A stretch of DNA of 59,003 nt from Candidatus Bipolaricaulota bacterium (lineage in GTDB: Bacteria; Bipolaricaulota; Bipolaricaulia; UBA7950; UBA9294), in assembly GCA_026390345.1 (NCBI GenBank), contig JAPLGD010000046.1, positions 1 through 59,003 of the forward strand. The letters run 5' to 3'. The notes under the pieces are model-generated. The model saw only the letters and a list, made by a program, of their open reading frames with translations, ran no database searches and had not been told where the DNA came from. The translations under genes and the position numbers were made by a program. Numbering within the stretch: position 1 is the first letter of the stretch; each line of letters begins with the position of its first letter. Positions 47,451 through 56,956 of the stretch are shown here, one piece after another.

Positions 47451-48731
47451 GTGCGAAAGCTACGGGTCACGTCGATCAGGGCTCGTGAGGTTTTGGATAG
47501 CAAGGGATTGCCAACGGTGGAAGTGGACATTGAACTCAGCGGGCACTTCTGCGGCCGAGCAGCTGCGCCATGCGGCACGTCCACTGGAAAACATGAATCC
47601 CTCCCCCTTCGTGACGGCGGGACCAGGTTCATGGGCAAAGGAGTGCTTCGAGCAGTTGGGAACGTCAATGAGCACCTCGCGCCTGTGTTGTGTCAACGAG
47701 CGGTGAGTACCCAAGAGGAGTTCGACAGAATCCTCTGCAGTGTCGATACGACGGAGGCAAAGTCGCTCATAGGGGCAAACGCGATATGCGCGACCTCCGT
47801 AGCGTTTGCCCGCGCGGCCTCTGCAGCGCGCAAGGTGCCTCTGTACTTGTTCCTGTCTGAGGGGATTTCACCAGCGCTTCCCCGGCCTGTCTTCAACTTG
47901 CTGAATGGGTTCTCGGCCGACGGGACAGAGGGCTGTCTTCAGGAGTATCTGCTCGTGCCCACGTCGGATACATACTCCCAGGCACTTCAGGTGGCCGCTG
48001 AAGTGCTCGCCATGCTCGGGCCAGTCATTGCCCAGCGGTACGGACCGCGTTTAGTGCAGATCGGCCCATCTGCTGGATACATTGCACCTAGCGCGAACCC
48101 AGAGGCAAACCTCCAGCTCCTGCTTCAAGCAGCAGAGCAGACGGGGCACCGACACGACGTCCGGCTGGGCATTGATTGCGCGGCCTCGCAGCTCTACGTG
48201 GCCAGCGAGAACGCATACAGGGTTGGCGCCGAGTTGCTGGCGCCGAGCGCGATGGGAGAGATGCTTCGCTCTCTTTGTGTCGCCTTCCCGATCGCTCTTC
48301 TCGAGGATCCCTTGCACGAAGACGACTACGCTGGGTTCGCGCAGCTGCAGCAACACACTCCTGCCATGATCGTGGGGGATGACTTGTTCGCTAGCCGTCT
48401 TGACAGGGTGAAACTTGGAGTGCAGGCAGGTGCAGCCAAGGGAGTTGTGATCAAGCCCAACATGGTTGGCACTCTGACAGAAGCGATTGCGACCGCCAGA
48501 TACGCACATGAAAGCCGCCTCGCTTTGGTGGGCTCGATACGATCAGGAAGCACTTGCGATGACCCCATTCCGGATCTCGCTACGGCCCTTCGAGCCGAGT
48601 TCATCAAGCCGGGGGCGCCGCGGTCAGGTGAGAGGACTGCTTGCAGCAACCGACTTCTGCGCGCTTCGGAGGATCCGGCAGTCGACGCTCGTCTCTCTCC
48701 TTTGGACGAGGTGCTCACAGGGCTGGGTTAG
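47451..48731 (+). CDS. Divergent enolase homologue
   Basis: AREVLDSKGLPTVEV, GTSTGKHE, GKGVLRAV, QEY, DCAAS, EDP, VGDDLF, IKPN, RSG, ER..NRLLR; lacks the NGGxH and GDEGG motifs. Confidence 0.88.
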   Translation: MRKLRVTSIRAREVLDSKGLPTVEVDIELSGHFCGRAAAPCGTSTGKHESLPLRDGGTRFMGKGVLRAVGNVNEHLAPVLCQRAVSTQEEFDRILCSVDTTEAKSLIGANAICATSVAFARAASAARKVPLYLFLSEGISPALPRPVFNLLNGFSADGTEGCLQEYLLVPTSDTYSQALQVAAEVLAMLGPVIAQRYGPRLVQIGPSAGYIAPSANPEANLQLLLQAAEQTGHRHDVRLGIDCAASQLYVASENAYRVGAELLAPSAMGEMLRSLCVAFPIALLEDPLHEDDYAGFAQLQQHTPAMIVGDDLFASRLDRVKLGVQAGAAKGVVIKPNMVGTLTEAIATARYAHESRLALVGSIRSGSTCDDPIPDLATALRAEFIKPGAPRSGERTACSNRLLRASEDPAVDARLSPLDEVLTGLG

Positions 48732-48750
48732 CCTACAAGGGGGTATAGCC

Positions 48751-50004
48751 ATGTCACATGCAATCTGGCCTATGATGTACCGCGCCTATCAGCGTTTCGA
48801 TCGACCGGAACTCCCCGATCCCGCGCTCGAACTCCGGCACAAGCTGCGCGCCAATCCAACCGTCCGTAGCCTTCATTCAGGAGCGCGCGTGGCGATCGCT
48901 GTGGGTAGCAGAGGTATCTGTAGTCTGATCGATCTGCTTCGCGCGCTGGTAGGTGAGCTACGGGATCACGATGTGGATGCTTTTGTCGTGCCTGCCATGG
49001 GATCACAAGGAGGCGGAAACCCTGACGGCCAGCTGCTCGTCCTGCGCAGCATGGGAGTGCACCCAGACAGTGTGCTGGCGCCAATCCGTTCCGCGCAGGA
49101 GGTCGTAATGGTCGGCAAGACAGAGTCAGGCTTGCCGCTCTTCTGCGACCGGTCTGCGGCCGAATCGGATCTGCTGATCGTCCTAAACCGCGTGAAGCCG
49201 CACACCGCCTTCCGAGCGGATATAGAGAGCGGGGTCATGAAGATGCTGGCCGTGGGATTGGGAAGGGCTAGCAGTGCGGAGGCCATTCACCGCTCAACTC
49301 TTGGCCTAGCGCGTGCGATTGTCGAAGCTGCGCGCGCCCATCTGCTGCTTCCTCCACCAAAGCTGGGCGTTGCTGTCGTTGAAAACGCATACGGAGGAAT
49401 CGCGCAGGTCGAAGTGTTGGATGCCTGTGTCATTGAGCCTCGGGAGAAGCAGCTATTGGCCACGGCAAGGGGTCTGATGCCTGTCCTTCCGTTCGACTCA
49501 CTTGACGTGTTAGTCGTCGAGAGAATGGGAAAGAACGTGAGTGGTGCTGGCATGGATCCAAACGTAATCGGAATGCACCGGCGCATACCCAGCATGATTC
49601 ACTCAACGCCGCACATCGAGCGAATCGTGGCGCTTGACCTGACAGATGAATCGGCGGGGAACGCTGAGGGCGTTGGGCTAGCAGACATCATCACGCGCCG
49701 CCTACACGAGAAGATCAACCTGACTGTGACCTACCGGAACTGCATCACTAGCGGCTTCCTGCGGGGCGGGATGATACCCATGACAATGGCCTCTGACCAG
49801 GAAGCGGTCGCCCTGGCGCTCAGCGGCCTGGCTGCTGAACAGGCCCGGGTAGCGCGGATAAGGGACACAGGAAACGTGGTTCGCCTAGATGTGTCTGCTG
49901 CGCTGCTTGATCAACTCACACGAGGAGGGTCATCGCAGGCTGTTGAACCTCTTGGAGCGCTTCAGTTCGATGCTGCAGGGACGCTGCTGAGCACCGGCCT
50001 CTGA
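48751..50004 (+). CDS. Lactate racemase (LarA/DUF2088)-like protein
   Basis: VAIAVGSRGI, PAMGSQGG, NRVKPHTAF, ESGVMKMLAVGLG, GKNVSGAGMDPNVIG, GNAEGVGLAD. Confidence 0.8.
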   Translation: MSHAIWPMMYRAYQRFDRPELPDPALELRHKLRANPTVRSLHSGARVAIAVGSRGICSLIDLLRALVGELRDHDVDAFVVPAMGSQGGGNPDGQLLVLRSMGVHPDSVLAPIRSAQEVVMVGKTESGLPLFCDRSAAESDLLIVLNRVKPHTAFRADIESGVMKMLAVGLGRASSAEAIHRSTLGLARAIVEAARAHLLLPPPKLGVAVVENAYGGIAQVEVLDACVIEPREKQLLATARGLMPVLPFDSLDVLVVERMGKNVSGAGMDPNVIGMHRRIPSMIHSTPHIERIVALDLTDESAGNAEGVGLADIITRRLHEKINLTVTYRNCITSGFLRGGMIPMTMASDQEAVALALSGLAAEQARVARIRDTGNVVRLDVSAALLDQLTRGGSSQAVEPLGALQFDAAGTLLSTGL

Positions 50005-50332
50005 TCTCCGGGGCCGTTGAGATAGCCGAAGAACACGAGTCCTAGGAGAGGCCTCAATTGGCCGCCTGAGCCCCCCGCGGATGGGAAGAGCAAGAACCAG
50101 CCGCTGCGGCACACGGCGTGGGCGATAAACGTCTGCCTCCTAGCCGTGACGAGTCATTCCAGCCTCCTGGGCTTCTCCCCACCGCGAAGCAACGGGCGCT
50201 ATCTGGGCGGTGGGCTGAATTGGGCAGCCGAGCGGCTGGTCCCGAATGACGCCTGGACCTTCTACCGGTTCCCTCGCGTACTGGCGCATCCCTCTTTCCC
50301 CCGCAGACTGTCTACTCCGCCCCGCGTCATTC

Positions 50333-51550
50333 CTAGAACACGGCGAACCCGACGAGAAGGGTCACGGCCACCCCAACCAGCACCGGCGGCGCCAACCGCC
50401 GCACGAGCGAGCCCATCGACGTGTGGAAGTAGGCGACGGACACGGAGATGCACGGGTGAACCGGCGTCACGACGTAGCCGAGGAACGCGGCGTAGTAAGT
50501 GAGCGCGAACCCCGGAAGCGTCACCGGTCCGTAGGTCGACGCGTAGATCGGCAGGATCACCGCGAGGGATGCCTCGATCCGCCCGGTGACAAGACCCAGG
50601 CCGAATCCGACGCCAATGCACAAGGCAAGCGGGGGGAGGCGCATCGCAGCCAGCCGCTCGGGGACTCCCGACGACGCGAACACGTTTAGGAAAGAAAACA
50701 TCGCCACGATGATCGCCGCGTACGTCCACGGACGGGCTCGGAGGACAACCCGCAGAAGGCGCCTCGGCCCGACCTGACCAACGGCCAGGCACAGGACGAG
50801 GCTCACCGCGACCCCTGCCGCGGTCGCGACCTCGCGGACGGGGAGTCGGAGCGTGCTCGAAAGGACGACGTCGAGGGCGGGGGCGACGAGGAGGATCCCG
50901 AGGGGAACGAGAAACTCGCGCGGAGAGAACGCGCTCCTCGCCACGCAAGGACTGGAAGCGGGCTGCAGATCCGCGCCCCGACCCGAGTGCACGTTGCGCA
51001 GGAGAAAGAAGCCGCCGAGCAGGATGGAGAGGACAAACGCCGGGGCCAGGTACGGGATCGTAGCGTAAACATCCAGTCCAGCGACCTTCGCCGAGGCGAT
51101 CAGCGCCGAGCCGAGCGGGTAGACGATCAGGAGAACGTGGCGGAACCAGACGTTAGCCGCCGCTTTGACGTCTGGGGCGACATGCCCTGCGCCGTGTTCG
51201 ACGAGAGGCGCGGAGAGGAGGGCCCCCCCGGGCATCGGAAGCATGCCGAGGAGTCCGGGAGCCAGCACGAGGAACGGTCGTACCCCCACACGAAGGTTGT
51301 CGACCAGGCGCGCCATCTGCCCGGAGGACTCCATAGCGCCGCCGAGCACAGGGATTAGGAACACGACGAGACCGAGCAGGAGGACGGAGGGATCCGACAC
51401 CGTCTTCCAAAGGGCGGCTCCGAACTCGCCTGGAGAGAGCGCGAACCCGCCCAGGACGAGGGCGGCGGCGGCCAAGCCGAAGGCGAGGCCCCAGCGTGAC
51501 AGGATTACGAGGAGCACGACGGCTGTTGCGAATCCAACCCAGACAAGCAC
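50333..51550 (-). CDS. DUF401-like (ion transporter superfamily) membrane protein
   Basis: GMLPMPGGALLSAP, NVWFRH, TPVHPC; many TM helices; GTG after GGAGGGG; host-like high GC. Confidence 0.82.
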   Translation of the reverse strand: MLVWVGFATAVVLLVILSRWGLAFGLAAAALVLGGFALSPGEFGAALWKTVSDPSVLLLGLVVFLIPVLGGAMESSGQMARLVDNLRVGVRPFLVLAPGLLGMLPMPGGALLSAPLVEHGAGHVAPDVKAAANVWFRHVLLIVYPLGSALIASAKVAGLDVYATIPYLAPAFVLSILLGGFFLLRNVHSGRGADLQPASSPCVARSAFSPREFLVPLGILLVAPALDVVLSSTLRLPVREVATAAGVAVSLVLCLAVGQVGPRRLLRVVLRARPWTYAAIIVAMFSFLNVFASSGVPERLAAMRLPPLALCIGVGFGLGLVTGRIEASLAVILPIYASTYGPVTLPGFALTYYAAFLGYVVTPVHPCISVSVAYFHTSMGSLVRRLAPPVLVGVAVTLLVGFAVF

Positions 51551-51668
51551 CTGCCCCTCCCGCCTCCCTCGAATTCGTAGAGGGTACGACGTCGGCCGTC
51601 TCGATTCCAGGCTTGGACTTTGGACGCAGCTCTTCCGTCGCACTTGACCTACCCGACCTGTCGAGGGC

Positions 51669-51780
51669 GAATGCTGGGATCGGCGGAACGTGGCGATCAC
51701 TCGTTTCCAGCCGCCCCCAGAGGCTGGATCTCCTCCGCTCTGGACCAGGGCGAAGTTCCAAGCTCGTCCATGTTGGGGAG
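51669..51780 (+). repeat. ~110-bp diverged direct repeat, copy A
   Basis: Aligns with 53593-53699 (shared GAATGCT, GGCGATCACTCGT, ATCTCCTCCGCTCTGG, GTTCCAA, CTCGTCCA, TGGGGAG). Confidence 0.88.
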
Positions 51781-51899
51781 CTAGGAGTCAAAGCAGATTC
51801 CTGGTCTGCATTTCGTAGTTCGAGTCTGCTGCCGCCTGAGCCTCGCGTGACGTGTCCGCGAGTATCTGCCTGCGCTGTCCCGATCCCAGTACTCAGCCT

Positions 51900-52164
51900 G
51901 GATCAGTTCCCGGGGGCAGGTCAGAGGCTACAGCGGGTGCTGACCGACGGAGGGAGTGAGTTCAAGGGCGAGTTCGACACTGCATGTCGCGAATTGAACG
52001 TTCGACACACCCGGACCAAGCCACGGCATGCCTGGACGAACGGCTTCGTCGAGCAGCTGCAAGGGACGATCCTCCACGAGCCCCAGCCGAAGCCTTCTGG
52101 GGCGCGATCAACACCGAGGTCCGTCAGGAGGTGTGAAGTGTCAACACCCTTCCGAAATTGGACA
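51900..52164 (+). mobile_element. IS481-family transposase fragment with probable right end
   Basis: RVLTDGGSEFKGEF...RHTRTKPRHAWTNGFVEQLQGTILHE integrase core; GTGTCAACACCCTTCCGAAATTGGACA terminus ending in ACA. Confidence 0.8.
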
Positions 52165-52179
52165 TGCCACGTACTACGG

Positions 52180-53388
52180 TCAGGTGTGAACGGTCTTTCT
52201 CACTCGGCCCAGTGCGTAGTACCCAAGCACGCAGAGCAGCCCCGCAAGCCCGACGACCAGCCAGAGGAATGCACTGATTCCTGAGAAGACGCTCAACAAG
52301 AAGCCACCGAGAAGGGGAGCTACTCCAAACCCCATCATCTGAAGGGCGAAGAGCAGAGCCATGTACGTTCCACGCTCACTCGCGGCTGCAAGTCTTGTCA
52401 CGGTCGACATTAGAGCTGGGACCAGGACTGTCTCACCTACCGTGAGAATCACCGTCGAAGCTGCCAGCGACCAGAAGGACCGGGCAAACGCTACGGAAAA
52501 GAAGCCGCAGGAAATGATCAGCATGCCGAGAGCCAGGCCTGTCTCTGACCTTAGCCGGCCTGACAGGAACAACGCGGGATACTGAAACAGGACGATCCAG
52601 ATGCCATTCAAAGCGAAGAGGTACCCCAGTTGGGGTTTGGAAACGCTGATGCGTTCAACTACATAGATGCTGAACGTAACTCCAAACTGCGCGAACACAG
52701 CGTACGTCGCAAAGGTTAGGCCACAGAACAAGAGAAACATGCGGTCATGCACAAGTGCGCTGCCTCCTTCTCGCCGCGGCGCTCTGTGCCCTTGGCTGCG
52801 TACGGGTCCCGTGAAGAAGAGAGCGGTGAGAACCCCAACGATGAGGTAAGCCACACACGACACCGCGTAGAGGTGGGCGTACGAAAACCCGACGAGATAG
52901 CTGCTCAGTATGTTCCCGAGAATGAAGCCTATATTCAGTCCAATATATAGGCATGCAAACACACGGTTTCTACTTGTCTCATCAGTAATGCCGCCAGCCT
53001 GCACATTCGCGAAGCTCCTGACTGCATACCCGGCGGGAGCCCCCATAGTAAAGAAGGCCGCCGCCAGAAAGGGACTGGCTCCCCGATAGGCGAGATACGA
53101 GACGACGAGAAAACCTGCGGTCCCTACTCCCAAGAACACCAGGAGCACTCGCTTCTGCCCAATCAGATCTGACAAGACTCCCGCAGCAGCAACGGCCAGA
53201 GCAGCCAGAGTGACTGACAGACCCACGACTATGCCCGTACCAGCTTCCGAGACACCACCAGAGCGAAGGTAGAGGGGGAAGTAGGTTCTTGCGCTCGTGG
53301 CTCCCAGATTCGATAGCGCGACGATGGAGAACGAAAGCCAGGTTGAACGCTCGAAGTGTTCCCAGAATCTAAGTCCTCGGGAGCTCAT
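52180..53388 (-). CDS. MFS transporter
   Basis: Motif A GVLSDLIGQK; about 12 TM helices; GETVLVP, ERGTYMA. Confidence 0.9.
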   Translation of the reverse strand: MSSRGLRFWEHFERSTWLSFSIVALSNLGATSARTYFPLYLRSGGVSEAGTGIVVGLSVTLAALAVAAAGVLSDLIGQKRVLLVFLGVGTAGFLVVSYLAYRGASPFLAAAFFTMGAPAGYAVRSFANVQAGGITDETSRNRVFACLYIGLNIGFILGNILSSYLVGFSYAHLYAVSCVAYLIVGVLTALFFTGPVRSQGHRAPRREGGSALVHDRMFLLFCGLTFATYAVFAQFGVTFSIYVVERISVSKPQLGYLFALNGIWIVLFQYPALFLSGRLRSETGLALGMLIISCGFFSVAFARSFWSLAASTVILTVGETVLVPALMSTVTRLAAASERGTYMALLFALQMMGFGVAPLLGGFLLSVFSGISAFLWLVVGLAGLLCVLGYYALGRVRKTVHT

Positions 53389-53592
53389 AGGTGATCAGGT
53401 TGACGCGTGCCGTCTCCAAGGCACCTTGCCAACTAGGCACAGCTGACCCCGTACAGCCAGCGATTGGTCCGTCTCCTGCTAGTCTAAGCTTGGCCAACGA
53501 AGCAAATCAAGGCATTGGGGGCATCATTTGGCATGCTTGTGGGAGCGATGATCAGAAGAGGGTGACCTGCCCCCCGAAAAGCGGTTCACGGT

Positions 53593-53699
53593 GAATGCTA
53601 GGACCGGTGGAACGCGGCGATCACTCGTCTCCAGTCGCCGCACCGTATCTCCTCCGCTCTGGGCCAGGGTGTGGTTCCAACCTCGTCCACTATGGGGAG
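53593..53699 (+). repeat. ~110-bp diverged direct repeat, copy B
   Basis: Aligns with 51669-51780 apart from a 5-nt central indel. Confidence 0.88.
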
Positions 53700-53961
53700 G
53701 TGACCAGTCAGAGGCGGACCGGTAGGGAGGAATGGGACCTATCTCACCAGATGCGCGTCGGTTTGGCTCGGCCCTGGTCGACGGTCCGCTCTCCAATCTG
53801 ATCTAGCCGCGTCCGGCGACACGGGTCAATGCTCCAGGTTGAGGCAACCATCGTGACGTGATCTTGTGGCCCAGTTGGCGTTGGAGCCGCGGATTCGGCC
53901 AAGCCGAACGCTCCAAACGGGGTGGACTTCAGGCGGGTCCTACCGGCTTGCGCGACAGTGA

Positions 53962-53989
53962 GTTCAAGAGTAGTCCCGCGGAGGGTACC
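53962..53989 (+). repeat. Degenerate third copy of the tRNA-like att motif
   Basis: GTTCAAG-agtag-TCCCGCGGAGGGTACC. Confidence 0.45.
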
Positions 53990-54284
53990 GAACGAGACGC
54001 ACCTGGGGACACAACCTGCTATGTGTGGCCGTCGGCACGCAGTGGCCGGGAGAGGGTGTCATCCATCAATTGAGAGCGCGGAGTTCTAGGATCGTCCTTC
54101 ACTCCCAACTAACAGCGCACAGCACGTGTTCTTCATTATTCTCGCTTCCGGCGCAAGCTGCTCCTGACGTGAAACCCCACATACTCGGCTCCAGGAAGAA
54201 CCTTGGTCGAGAGGGCTTGCCTACAGAGCATCCGGGACCGGGCTTCGCATGACTTGGCGCCTGGCTTCACCTGGCGACACGGCG

Positions 54285-54310
54285 TCGCAGTTCAAGTCCC
54301 GCACAGGGCA
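54285..54310 (+). repeat. 26-bp direct repeat, copy 2 (resembles a tRNA 3' end, att-like)
   Basis: TCGCAGTTCAAGTCCCGCACAGGGCA. Confidence 0.8.
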
Positions 54311-54647
54311 AAAAGGTAAGCCTTGCGAAGAGCCTTTGCTCGCGGGACTTCTCGGGACGGCCTGGCGATCGCAAGCCACTTAGCCGGAAAGCATCCGCCG
54401 CTCTCAAGGCCTCCACCGGCGGCGTTCGAGGCTTCTGGACTCCACGGCAGGCTCGGAAGCGACGTTCACAGAAGCATTCCCGGAGATGGACGCTCCCGGG
54501 CCATTCCTCTCCAGGCAAGGTGACTACGTTGGCATCTGTGCTCCATGGGTCTCGGCTTCGTCCTCCATGGGCTCATGGCGTCCTTCAAGTGCTTCCCTTG
54601 TCCATGCCTGCGCGAGAGGGAGCAGCTTGCCTGACGTGCTGGCGCCG

Positions 54648-56480
54648 CTAACCCTCGGACGGGCCCCCCGCCGTGAACGAGAACCGGCGCGCCTCGAACA
54701 GCCCAAGGCACGCGTCGACAGCCGCCGCGTCGTAGCGCGTGCCGCGTCCGGCTCGAATCTCTCCCAGTGCGGCATCGATGCCCAAAGCGGGGCGATACGG
54801 ACGGTGCGAGGCCATTGCCTCAACGACGTCTGCCACGGCAAGGATCCGCGCCCCGAGGAGGATGTCATCTCCCGAGATTCCCCGTGGGTACCCGCTTCCA
54901 TCCGGCCGCTCGTGGTGCTGGAGGACAATCTCGGCCACCGAGCCTTGGAAGCCGACTTCGGCGAGGATTTCGTGCGCCGCCTCGGGGTGCCCGCGGACGA
55001 GCGCGAACTCGATTGGGGTCAGCGCGCTGGGCTTCGAGAGGATCTCCGCGGGGATGCCCAGCTTCCCGATGTCGTGGAGCAACCCAGCGATGCGCAACGC
55101 GTCGCGCTCGTCGCCCGCTACCCCAAGCTCGCGGGCGATGGCGACAGCAAGGTCAGTCACCCGCCGTTGGTGCCCGGCCGTGTAGGGGTCACGCATCTCC
55201 GCGGCGTGGCCGAGGGCGCCGAGCGTGGCTTCCAGGTTGCGACTCAGCGCTTCCTCCGCTAGCTTGCGATCCGTGAAGTCATTGACGAGGAACATGACGC
55301 CGATCACGTTGTTGTCGCTCGTGAGCACTGCACTCCGCACATCAATCGTCGTCCGTCGGCCATCCTGATTCTGAAACGTCAGTTCCCGTGCTGCAGGTTC
55401 CTCGGCAAGCCTCTTCCGGAAATCGGCTTCTTGGACCTCGCGTCCCAGTCCGAATCTCGGGAGGAGCTCTGCAAATGGCCTTCCTACAATGTCCTCCCTG
55501 CCCAGGGACAGCAGTCTAAGCAGTGTTGGGTTCGCTTCCCGCAAGACTCCTTCCGTATCGACCAGCGCAATGCCGGAAGGAGACTCCTCAAACAGACGTC
55601 TGAACCTCTCCTCGCTCTCCCGCAGCGCTTCCTGCGCCTGCTTCCGCTCGGCCAACTCAACGCGCAGTCGCGCATTGAGGCGGGCGAGCGCGTCGCGAGC
55701 GATGGCGTGATCCATGGTGAAGGTCAGTTGGTTGAGGTAGCCCTCACGTTTGACGATGTAGTCCGAGGCCCCCAGCTTCAAGGAGGCGATGGCGGCGCTT
55801 TCGTCGCCACCACCTGAGATCATGATGAACGGCGGCAACGGCAGGCGGCGGCGCTTGGCCTCCCGCACGAAATCCAATCCGCTCGAGTCGGGCATCCGCA
55901 AGTCGATCAGCGCCAAGTCATACGCGTGCGGTTGGTCGAGCCGGGCCAGCGCCTCAGCGCACGTTCTGACGACGTCCACCACGAAATGCGGCGCAGCTTC
56001 CGCGACATGCCGTAGGGCCAGCTCGATGTCCATGGGCTGATGTTCGACGTAGAGAATCCTTTGCGGCGCGGTTGCGGGCTCCCGTTCGCCCCGCATCCGG
56101 CGATGCTCCTCGACCGCGCCACGCACCAGGTCCGGGAGGGTTTCTAGATAGTCGCACTGCTTGGGCACATAGCCAGCCGCTCCCAGCCGCAACGCCTTCA
56201 CCACCAATTCCTCGTCGCCTACGCCCGTCACCAACACCACGGGTACCTGCATGTCGCCGTGGAACAGCGTCTTCAACACATCCAGCCCGTCCATGTCGGG
56301 AAGATGATGGTCGAGCAAGAGCAGGTCGAACCCGGTCTCGCGCAGCTGCTGCAAACACTCATGCCCAGTGCCCACGATCTCGATTTCAAACTCGGACGCG
56401 TACTTGGCGAAGAGGGATCGCGTCAAGTCAGCGTCCTGGAGATTGTCCTCGGCGTAGAGCAGTCGGATACGTGGATTCAC
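54648..56480 (-). CDS. REC-REC-PAS-HD-GYP cyclic-dinucleotide phosphodiesterase
   Basis: LLLDHHLPD and LIDLRMPD receivers; PAS; RDPYTAGH, LHDIGK, HHERPDGSGYP; GTG after GGGAGG. Confidence 0.93.
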   Translation of the reverse strand: MNPRIRLLYAEDNLQDADLTRSLFAKYASEFEIEIVGTGHECLQQLRETGFDLLLLDHHLPDMDGLDVLKTLFHGDMQVPVVLVTGVGDEELVVKALRLGAAGYVPKQCDYLETLPDLVRGAVEEHRRMRGEREPATAPQRILYVEHQPMDIELALRHVAEAAPHFVVDVVRTCAEALARLDQPHAYDLALIDLRMPDSSGLDFVREAKRRRLPLPPFIMISGGGDESAAIASLKLGASDYIVKREGYLNQLTFTMDHAIARDALARLNARLRVELAERKQAQEALRESEERFRRLFEESPSGIALVDTEGVLREANPTLLRLLSLGREDIVGRPFAELLPRFGLGREVQEADFRKRLAEEPAARELTFQNQDGRRTTIDVRSAVLTSDNNVIGVMFLVNDFTDRKLAEEALSRNLEATLGALGHAAEMRDPYTAGHQRRVTDLAVAIARELGVAGDERDALRIAGLLHDIGKLGIPAEILSKPSALTPIEFALVRGHPEAAHEILAEVGFQGSVAEIVLQHHERPDGSGYPRGISGDDILLGARILAVADVVEAMASHRPYRPALGIDAALGEIRAGRGTRYDAAAVDACLGLFEARRFSFTAGGPSEG

Positions 56481-56482
56481 AG

Positions 56483-56956
56483 TTACCTCCCAGCAGGCTC
56501 GGGGAAGGGCGGCTCGTTGGTCAGAAGCCAAAAGACCTTGATGTTCTTGATCACTTCGGCGAACGAGGTGAAGTCCACCGGCTTGACGATGTAGGAATTG
56601 ACCCCCATCTCGTAGGCGCGGGTAATGTCGAAGTTCTCGCGCGAGGTGGTGACCACGATGAACGGAACCTGCTTCCACACCGGATGCTGCCGGGCGTGCC
56701 GGAGGACGTCGATCCCGTCCACCTTCGGCAGACGCAGGTCAAGCAGCACGAGCAAGGGCAACTGCGGATCCTTGGGGCTCGGGTGTGCGTCGATGAACTG
56801 CAGCGCCTCCTCGCCATCACGGCAGATCAGGACAGGGTTGGCGATGGAGTGCTCGGCGAACGCCTGTAAGCAGAAATCGAGGTCCATGTCGTTGTCCTCG
56901 ACGATCAAGAGGGGACGCTGGGGGATGACTTGCTTGAAGACGGGGATCGAGGTCAT
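56483..56956 (-). CDS. Single-domain response regulator (Rcp1-like)
   Basis: IVEDN, LLDLRLPKVDG, TTS, GVNSYIVKPVDF; AAGGAGG SD. Confidence 0.94.
   Translation of the reverse strand: MTSIPVFKQVIPQRPLLIVEDNDMDLDFCLQAFAEHSIANPVLICRDGEEALQFIDAHPSPKDPQLPLLVLLDLRLPKVDGIDVLRHARQHPVWKQVPFIVVTTSRENFDITRAYEMGVNSYIVKPVDFTSFAEVIKNIKVFWLLTNEPPFPEPAGR

Larger units (their letters stand above)
34706..50300. mobile_element. Mosaic accessory region/genomic island downstream of tRNA-Gln (right boundary approximate; no intact integrase seen)
   Basis: Starts at the tRNA 3' end; visibly more A/T-ending codons from ~38.5 kb; gene remnants; att-like scars; only catabolic cargo. Confidence 0.55.

Noticed and set aside
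51496-52284. 262-aa ORF as a complete transposase
   Set aside because: Only about 60 residues match the integrase core; the rest is read-through of non-coding and antisense DNA.
51669-54310. Repeats as a CRISPR array or integron attC sites
   Set aside because: No regular spacer periodicity, no cas or intI genes, and no RYYYAAC/GTTRRRY pairing.
54299-54360. CGCACAGGGCAAA resembling the 5' part of a c-di-GMP-I riboswitch near the HD-GYP gene
   Set aside because: The GAAA-tetraloop stem and GACGCAAAGC core are absent and no gene lies downstream on that strand; better explained as part of the att-like repeat.
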